Positions 57,682 through 64,000 of a stretch of 64,000 bases of DNA are shown in pieces (position 1 is the first letter of the stretch; every line of letters begins with the position of its first letter). The position numbers were made by a program, and so were the translations under genes. Below the pieces are notes generated by a model. That model was not told the origin of the DNA. It did no database searches and saw only the letters and a program-made list of their open reading frames with translations. The stretch is from Candidatus Omnitrophota bacterium (GTDB taxonomy: Bacteria; Omnitrophota; Gorgyraeia; Zapsychrales; Zapsychraceae), in the NCBI GenBank assembly GCA_050250375.1, contig JBFWOS010000001.1:894361-958360 (forward strand). The letters are read 5' to 3'.

Positions 57682-58861
57682 GATTTTCTACCCCGTTTTT
57701 CGGACGATTGCCTTTCAGCGGCAGTGTAAAATAAAAATGGCTCCATTCATTTAAGGAGGATTCAGCCCAAATGCTTCCCCCGTGAAGCCGGATAATGTCA
57801 CGGCAGATGGCCAGACCGATCCCGGCTCCCCCCGCCATTCTTTTTTCAGGACTGCCGATTTGATGGAATTTATTAAACACTTTGCTCAAATCAGTTTCCG
57901 GGATCCCGACGCCTGTATCCTTGACACACACCTGCACCTCATCCTTGTCCTGGATGATCCGGCTGGTAATCAGAACCCCGCCTTTTTCCGTGAACACAAT
58001 CGCGTTGTCAATCAGGTTGCTCATCACCGTCTTGATGCGCTCCCCATCCATGGATATCAACGGAATCCCCTCTTGGAGATCAGCGTTAATGGACAATTTT
58101 TTATTGGCAGCTTCAGGCATAAACCACTTTAACTCTTGTTTGATGATATCGTTGATATCATTGGGTTTAATATCCAGATCCAGCGTTCCCGATTCAAGCG
58201 AGTTCATATCAAGCACGTCATCACTCAAACTTTTAAGACGATCAATATTTTTCTGGGCTGTATGAACAAAGACTTTCTGATCTTTATTCAGCGGACCGGG
58301 GGCTTCACTCGCCAATATTTCGACAGCACTTTTGATGGAAGCCAGGGGGGTGCGCAATTCATGCGATACCGTAGAAATAAATTCCTGCTGAATCTTTTGC
58401 AATGCCCTCAATTCCCGGTTAATTGCCTCCAGTTCCTGCGATTTTCGGCGCATATCTTCAAAAAGCCGTTCATTCTCTTCACACAAATTATAATGCTGGA
58501 GCGACTGCCGGATGGCCGCCTTGAATTCGGCCGTGTTAAACGGTTTGGTTAAAAAGCGGTATACCTCACCCATATTGATCGCCTGTTCCGCGATTTCAAA
58601 TTCTTCGTGCCCGGTCAGCAGGATCCTGACAATATTCGGGAACCTGTTTTTTACTTCTCTTAAAAAATGAATGCCGGGTATGACCGGCATAAACTGGTCG
58701 CTGACAACCACCTTGATCTTTTCTTTTCTCAAAATTTCAAAGGCCTCTTCCGTTGATTTGGTCGTGATAACCCCGAACGGCCAGTCTAAAAATATTTTCT
58801 CAAACAGATAAAGGTCGCTGTCTTCGTCATCGATAAATAGAATATTAATTTCTTTGGACAC
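57674..58861 (-). CDS. REC-HisKA-HATPase hybrid, paralogue 2
   Basis: Same architecture (ILFIDDE...VVVSDQFMP; VSHELRTPLASIKSA; GGAGIGLAICR). Confidence 0.85.
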   Translation of the reverse strand: MSKEINILFIDDEDSDLYLFEKIFLDWPFGVITTKSTEEAFEILRKEKIKVVVSDQFMPVIPGIHFLREVKNRFPNIVRILLTGHEEFEIAEQAINMGEVYRFLTKPFNTAEFKAAIRQSLQHYNLCEENERLFEDMRRKSQELEAINRELRALQKIQQEFISTVSHELRTPLASIKSAVEILASEAPGPLNKDQKVFVHTAQKNIDRLKSLSDDVLDMNSLESGTLDLDIKPNDINDIIKQELKWFMPEAANKKLSINADLQEGIPLISMDGERIKTVMSNLIDNAIVFTEKGGVLITSRIIQDKDEVQVCVKDTGVGIPETDLSKVFNKFHQIGSPEKRMAGGAGIGLAICRDIIRLHGGSIWAESSLNEWSHFYFTLPLKGNRPKNGVENHE

Positions 58862-58893
58862 CTTAGAACTCCATCCCTACCGTCTTGCCGGTT

Positions 58894-59961
58894 TTAATTA
58901 TCCTTATGATTGATGGGCAACATGATGATAAATGTTGTCCCTTTACCCAGCACGGACTCCACACTGATTTCTCCGCCGTGTTTTTTAATAATATCGTAAC
59001 TGATGCTCAGGCCTAAACCTGTGCCTTGCCCAACCGGTTTGGTGGTAAAAAACGGGTCGAACATCTTCTTTAAATTCTCTTCGGCAATGCCGACCCCGGT
59101 ATCGCTGATCTCGGCATAAATATATTCATCTTTTCTATAAACCTTGACGAATATTTCACCTTTTTCTTTGATGGCCTGCGCGGCATTGACCAGCAAGTTT
59201 AAGAAGACCTGCTGAAGCCGTTGTTTCCTCCCTTTTATTAAAGGCAGATCCGGATCAAATTCTTTATTCAGGCCCGCTTTGTATTTGATTTCATTAAACG
59301 CCAGCCGGATCGTCTCTTCAATGATCGCTTTCAGGTCAACATCTTCCAGGCCTTCTTCATCCGCTTTGGAAAACACCCTCAAATCCGCAACGATATTTTT
59401 AACGCGCCTGACCCCGTCTTTGGTTTCTTTAAACAAATTTGTGATATCACTGAGGATATAATCGATTTCCGCTGTTTCCTGGGCGTTCAGTATTTTTTCT
59501 ATAGCCGGCCCGATTAAATCCGTTTGCGTTTTTACTTTCTTTTCCTTTAATTCCTGGACTGCGTGAATCACGGTCAGAAATTGCTTAACGTAACCTTCCA
59601 GGACTTCAATATTGCTTTCAATAAACCCGACCGGGTTATTGATTTCATGGGCCACCCCGGCGGCCAATTGACCGATCGAGGCCATTTTCTCCGATTGAAA
59701 CAACTGCATTTTCATATTCTTGAGGTCATTGTGAGTCTTTTGAAGATCCTGCAGCATTGTTTTCATCTTCTGGTTCGATTCGAATAATTCTTTGGAACTA
59801 AGCTCAATCGAATGTTCCAGTAATTCACGGTCACTGTCAAACGAACAATACGCATCACTGACGGCATCAATAAACCCTTTCCATTCATCTGAGAGCTGGA
59901 TATCAGCACCGTGATACTTCTTCAACTGCCGTCTAACTAACGTGTGTAACTCTTTCGCCAT
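58894..59961 (-). CDS. cytoplasmic orphan histidine kinase (HisKA + HATPase_c, unknown N-terminal domain)
   Basis: H-box [16 protein letters not shown] and HATPase_c. No TM segment. Start at an internal ATG so that it overlaps the FIST gene stop by 1 nt (TGATG). Confidence 0.8.
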   Translation of the reverse strand: MAKELHTLVRRQLKKYHGADIQLSDEWKGFIDAVSDAYCSFDSDRELLEHSIELSSKELFESNQKMKTMLQDLQKTHNDLKNMKMQLFQSEKMASIGQLAAGVAHEINNPVGFIESNIEVLEGYVKQFLTVIHAVQELKEKKVKTQTDLIGPAIEKILNAQETAEIDYILSDITNLFKETKDGVRRVKNIVADLRVFSKADEEGLEDVDLKAIIEETIRLAFNEIKYKAGLNKEFDPDLPLIKGRKQRLQQVFLNLLVNAAQAIKEKGEIFVKVYRKDEYIYAEISDTGVGIAEENLKKMFDPFFTTKPVGQGTGLGLSISYDIIKKHGGEISVESVLGKGTTFIIMLPINHKDN

Positions 59962-61106
59962 CAAACTTTCTCCGAGAATGTTGTAATGGTCATCGTCTGG
60001 TTGTGGAGCTGGCATTCCTTAAAATCTGCTCCGAACGGGGCGATTTCCCCGTAAGAATAAAATCCGGTTAAGATGCTCTGGCCCCCGACAACATCCCGGA
60101 CCCCTTCGACTTCCTCTTCAGTCCTTTGCTTGAGGATCAGTTTTCGTCCGACACAGCTGATCAGGATCGAAAGTTCCGCATTCATTGAATCCAGCGGAAC
60201 CAGGCTGTTCTTGGCCGCTCCGACCGCTCCGTCAACCAACCGGTTAAAATTCGCTTTCATCAACCGGACCGTACTATTTTCCGGAATGTCCCCGGCGAAT
60301 GTCATACTCTGTTCTTTCTCATCCACCGCCAAGATGGTGCGGACCACTTCTTTTTCACCGCTTTTTGTCGACAGGCTCAACGGAAACAATAAACCGGTTG
60401 CCGGCAATCCCTTGGCATGTTCACCCAAATATTGTTTGTAGAGATTTAAAGCCAGCTGGCCGTCCAGTTCATATAATTTATTACACCTTGATTTTGTCAC
60501 GACCCGTTCAGGACCAAAAGAATCCCATCCTCCAAGAGAACCGTACCCCACCTTGATGTTATTTCCATAAAATCCGACCGCGACCGCCCCTTCTTTATAT
60601 ACTTCTCCATCAGAAATAATGAACGTTTCTTTAAACCGGGCGGCATCTCCTGACAAGCCTCCCGAGACGGATATTTTCCCCAGCAGTTTATGGTTAAAGC
60701 CCCGCACCAGTTCACTGCCGTTCACGTTAATCCCCTCAGAGAGGACAAAAATATGCTTAAGATCATCCGCGTTTAATTGCTGCGCCAGGTTCCCGCCGGC
60801 CTCATAACTGTTATTAATATTGGTTATCTGCTGATGGACACACTTAATCTTTGTTTTCTCAAAATGAACAGCCGTCAGGACCAATGAATCATCATGAACC
60901 TGGGTGCCGTAAATCTCACCGGCCGTTGAACACCCAATCCAACTGGCGTTGGGATATATTTTCTTTATTTCTTGAAACTGTTGTTTCTCTTTTATAAGGG
61001 CCGTGCTGCCGAATAAGATAACTAGTTCAACACCGGAGCCGTCCGGGCTGGATAACGCGGGAGACCAACCTTTTTCTTTCGTCCAGATTCTTTGTTCTAT
61101 TTTCAT
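59961..61106 (-). CDS. FIST-domain sensor protein
   Basis: FIST_N signature WIGCSTAGEI and FIST_C FYSYGEIAP, in a protein of about 380 aa. Confidence 0.75.
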   Translation of the reverse strand: MKIEQRIWTKEKGWSPALSSPDGSGVELVILFGSTALIKEKQQFQEIKKIYPNASWIGCSTAGEIYGTQVHDDSLVLTAVHFEKTKIKCVHQQITNINNSYEAGGNLAQQLNADDLKHIFVLSEGINVNGSELVRGFNHKLLGKISVSGGLSGDAARFKETFIISDGEVYKEGAVAVGFYGNNIKVGYGSLGGWDSFGPERVVTKSRCNKLYELDGQLALNLYKQYLGEHAKGLPATGLLFPLSLSTKSGEKEVVRTILAVDEKEQSMTFAGDIPENSTVRLMKANFNRLVDGAVGAAKNSLVPLDSMNAELSILISCVGRKLILKQRTEEEVEGVRDVVGGQSILTGFYSYGEIAPFGADFKECQLHNQTMTITTFSEKV

Positions 61107-61138
61107 GATCGCACCCCTTTAATAAATGTAAGCCGCCA

Positions 61139-61723
61139 TTATCGGCCTGTCTTCTGGGTCAGCAGCTGGTTAATTTTTTGTAATAAAGCTTCATTGGTAA
61201 ACGGCTTTTGCAGAAAATCATCCGCCCCCATCTTCAAAATCTTTTTAATTCTTTCTTCATCCTGGATACCGGATATGATCAAAATCCTGACGTCTTTGTT
61301 TTCCTTGTCATTGCGGATCGCCTGGCAGAGGCTGTCCCCGTCAACCCGCGGCATCCTTAAATCCAGAATGAGCAGGTCCGGTTTTTTCTGGATAAATTTC
61401 TGGCCGGCCATAAATCCGTCATACGCCACATCGACTTCAAATTGGGGGTCTGGCAACAACAGCCTTTTAATCAGATTAACGATCCCCTGTTCATCGTCCA
61501 CAATCAAAATATGCTTTTTGGAGTCTTTCGGCATTAAATCAGATGGAATAGGCATTTGAAATTTATTCAGAAAATGAATAAGTTCGGACTGTTTAACCCG
61601 GCTGTGGTTCCCCGGGGTGCGAAAAGCGGTGATCTTCCCTTCATTAATCCATTGGTTAACGGTACGCGGCGTGACATCACAATACTTGGCAATTTCGTGG
61701 GTTGTAAATGCTTTTTCAATCAT
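61139..61723 (-). CDS. excisionase/MerR-type HTH - REC response regulator, reversed domain order
   Basis: N-terminal HTH_17-like FTTHEIAKYCDVTPRTVNQWINEGKI, then REC (ILIVDDE...LLILDLRMP...ISG...QKP). Confidence 0.8.
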   Translation of the reverse strand: MIEKAFTTHEIAKYCDVTPRTVNQWINEGKITAFRTPGNHSRVKQSELIHFLNKFQMPIPSDLMPKDSKKHILIVDDEQGIVNLIKRLLLPDPQFEVDVAYDGFMAGQKFIQKKPDLLILDLRMPRVDGDSLCQAIRNDKENKDVRILIISGIQDEERIKKILKMGADDFLQKPFTNEALLQKINQLLTQKTGR

Positions 61724-61939
61724 AGTGACCTCGGGTTTCGTTGTGAATTATTTTCTCTAATTTCCTATTTTTCCTATTTCTCTGATTTCTCTTCAAGTAT
61801 AGCCCAAAATCTTAAGCTGTCAATGTCCGCCAAACAGTATTTTCATAAAAAAAGGAGAACGGCTTTTTAAGCGGTTCTCCCTGTAGAATATTTTCCAGAT
61901 GGTATTAATATTTATTATAACTAATTAAAATACAATAAT

Positions 61940-63097
61940 TTATGATATATTTAACATAAAATTGAAGCTGCTCCCCTTGCCTAATTCGGATTCTACCCAA
62001 ATCTTCCCCTTATGCTGGTTAATAATTTCCTTACAAATGGCCAGCCCGAGCCCTGTCCCATCTTTGGATTTTGCGTCTAATTGCTGAAATTTCTTGAATA
62101 ATTTGGGGATGTCATCAGGACCTATCCCGGCCCCGGTATCCCGGGTGCTCACAACTAATTTGCCACCATCCCGTTTGGCGGTAATCAGGACGCCGCCTTG
62201 TTTCGTAAATTTGATTGAGTTCGTTACCAGATTATTCAAAACCTGACTGATCCGGTCCGCGTCAAAATTAAAACTGGGCAATCCCGGATCCACTTCCGCT
62301 TTTAAATATAATCCTGTTTTCTGCGCGCCGGGCTGGTTGACCTCAACGACTTCCTCAATGATCTTCCCTATATTATTCGGCTGCAACTTAATATCCATCT
62401 TGCCCGATTCCAGTTTTGAAATATCGAGCACATCATCAATCAAGCGCCGCAGACGGTCGACATTCAATTTGGCCTTGTTTAAAAATTTATTCTGTTCTTC
62501 GTTCAGGACCCCGGACGTTTCGCTGATGACAATATCAATCGCTGTTTTTATGGAGGCCAGCGGCGTGCGTAACTCGTGAGATACGACCGTTGAAAATTCT
62601 TTTTGTTTTTCATACATCGTGGACAGCCGCATATTGATTTCTTCCAGCTCGGCATTGCGTTCTTTGGCTATTTTCAGCAACAGTCTGTTTTTCTGGACCA
62701 AATCATAATGATAAAGGGACTCTTTGACGACTTTTCTTAAATATTCCGGCTCACAGGGTTTGTGGATAAACCGGTAAATGCCGCTGACATTAATCGCGTC
62801 CTCAACATCCTGGATGTCGGCCTGTCCCGACAGCAAAATTCTCAACGATTCCGGTTTTTTTTCCTTCACCTGCCCCAAAAATTTAACCCCGGTAATATCC
62901 GGCATGCACTGGTCGCTGACGACGAGTTTAATGTTGTTTTCATCGACTACTTTCAAAGCCTCATTAAAATCAGTCGTGGCCAGAACGCCGAAATCTTCCC
63001 TTTTAAACATTTTATTCATCGCGTAGACGATGTCTTCTTCGTCATCCAGGAACAGGACATTGAGTTCTTTTTCAGTTTTGTCAGGATCAATTGTCAT
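61940..63097 (-). CDS. REC-HisKA-HATPase hybrid, paralogue 3
   Basis: VLFLDDE...LVVSDQCMP; VSHELRTPLASIKTA; GTGLGLAICK. Confidence 0.85.
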   Translation of the reverse strand: MTIDPDKTEKELNVLFLDDEEDIVYAMNKMFKREDFGVLATTDFNEALKVVDENNIKLVVSDQCMPDITGVKFLGQVKEKKPESLRILLSGQADIQDVEDAINVSGIYRFIHKPCEPEYLRKVVKESLYHYDLVQKNRLLLKIAKERNAELEEINMRLSTMYEKQKEFSTVVSHELRTPLASIKTAIDIVISETSGVLNEEQNKFLNKAKLNVDRLRRLIDDVLDISKLESGKMDIKLQPNNIGKIIEEVVEVNQPGAQKTGLYLKAEVDPGLPSFNFDADRISQVLNNLVTNSIKFTKQGGVLITAKRDGGKLVVSTRDTGAGIGPDDIPKLFKKFQQLDAKSKDGTGLGLAICKEIINQHKGKIWVESELGKGSSFNFMLNIS

Positions 63098-63125
63098 AAT
63101 GGTTTAATTCAAGTTTACCACCCGG

Positions 63126-64000
<875 letters not shown>

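Overview
This 64-kb window is almost entirely coding (about 75 CDS) and reads as a diderm bacterium of moderate-to-low GC, with MlaA/VacJ, an outer-membrane beta-barrel and periplasmic proteins. I found no rRNA, tRNA, CRISPR array or transposase. The left two thirds hold mostly housekeeping and envelope genes. These include a PAS histidine kinase with a NarL-type regulator, photolyase, an isolated HMG-CoA reductase, PPK2, a complete mlaEFDC-mlaA operon, RtcB and ThpR RNA-repair enzymes, a free-standing RibD-type deaminase, CysS and YidD. There is a Fur/Zur regulator beside a His-rich membrane protein, a CHASE histidine kinase with its regulator, periplasmic Hsp20, a small bacterial histone-fold (DUF1931-like) gene, a GH-type glycosidase and a putative SAM decarboxylase. 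One accessory-looking block (15.8-22 kb) encodes a polytopic membrane protein, a B12-binding radical-SAM enzyme and two tandem SGNH/GDSL-like paralogues behind a long AT-rich leader. The most striking part is the right-hand 17 kb, 47-64 kb, all on the minus strand. A type IV pilus / T2SS-like assembly cluster (GspE/PilB with an MshEN-like N-terminus, GspF/PilC, one major and three minor (pseudo)pilins including a PilX-like one, a PilM-PilN fusion, PilO-like and PilP-like proteins) has no secretin, PilT or prepilin peptidase in the window. Directly upstream of it sits a tightly packed signalling array. That array is two cytoplasmic orphan histidine kinases, three paralogous REC-HisKA-HATPase hybrids, a FIST sensor protein translationally coupled to a kinase, an excisionase-type HTH-REC regulator, and three CheY-like single-domain receivers plus one REC-pseudoREC protein, with no Hpt domain. 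I flag this pilus-like machine with its dedicated multi-kinase cascade as the candidate undescribed system. Other odd items are a family of three membrane-anchored, pseudopilin-like proteins without a prepilin cleavage motif, one of them broken by a homopolymer frameshift. A 30-codon ORF with a strong Shine-Dalgarno sits behind a strong terminator. Polytopic GT-C/ArnT-like membrane proteins occur three times.
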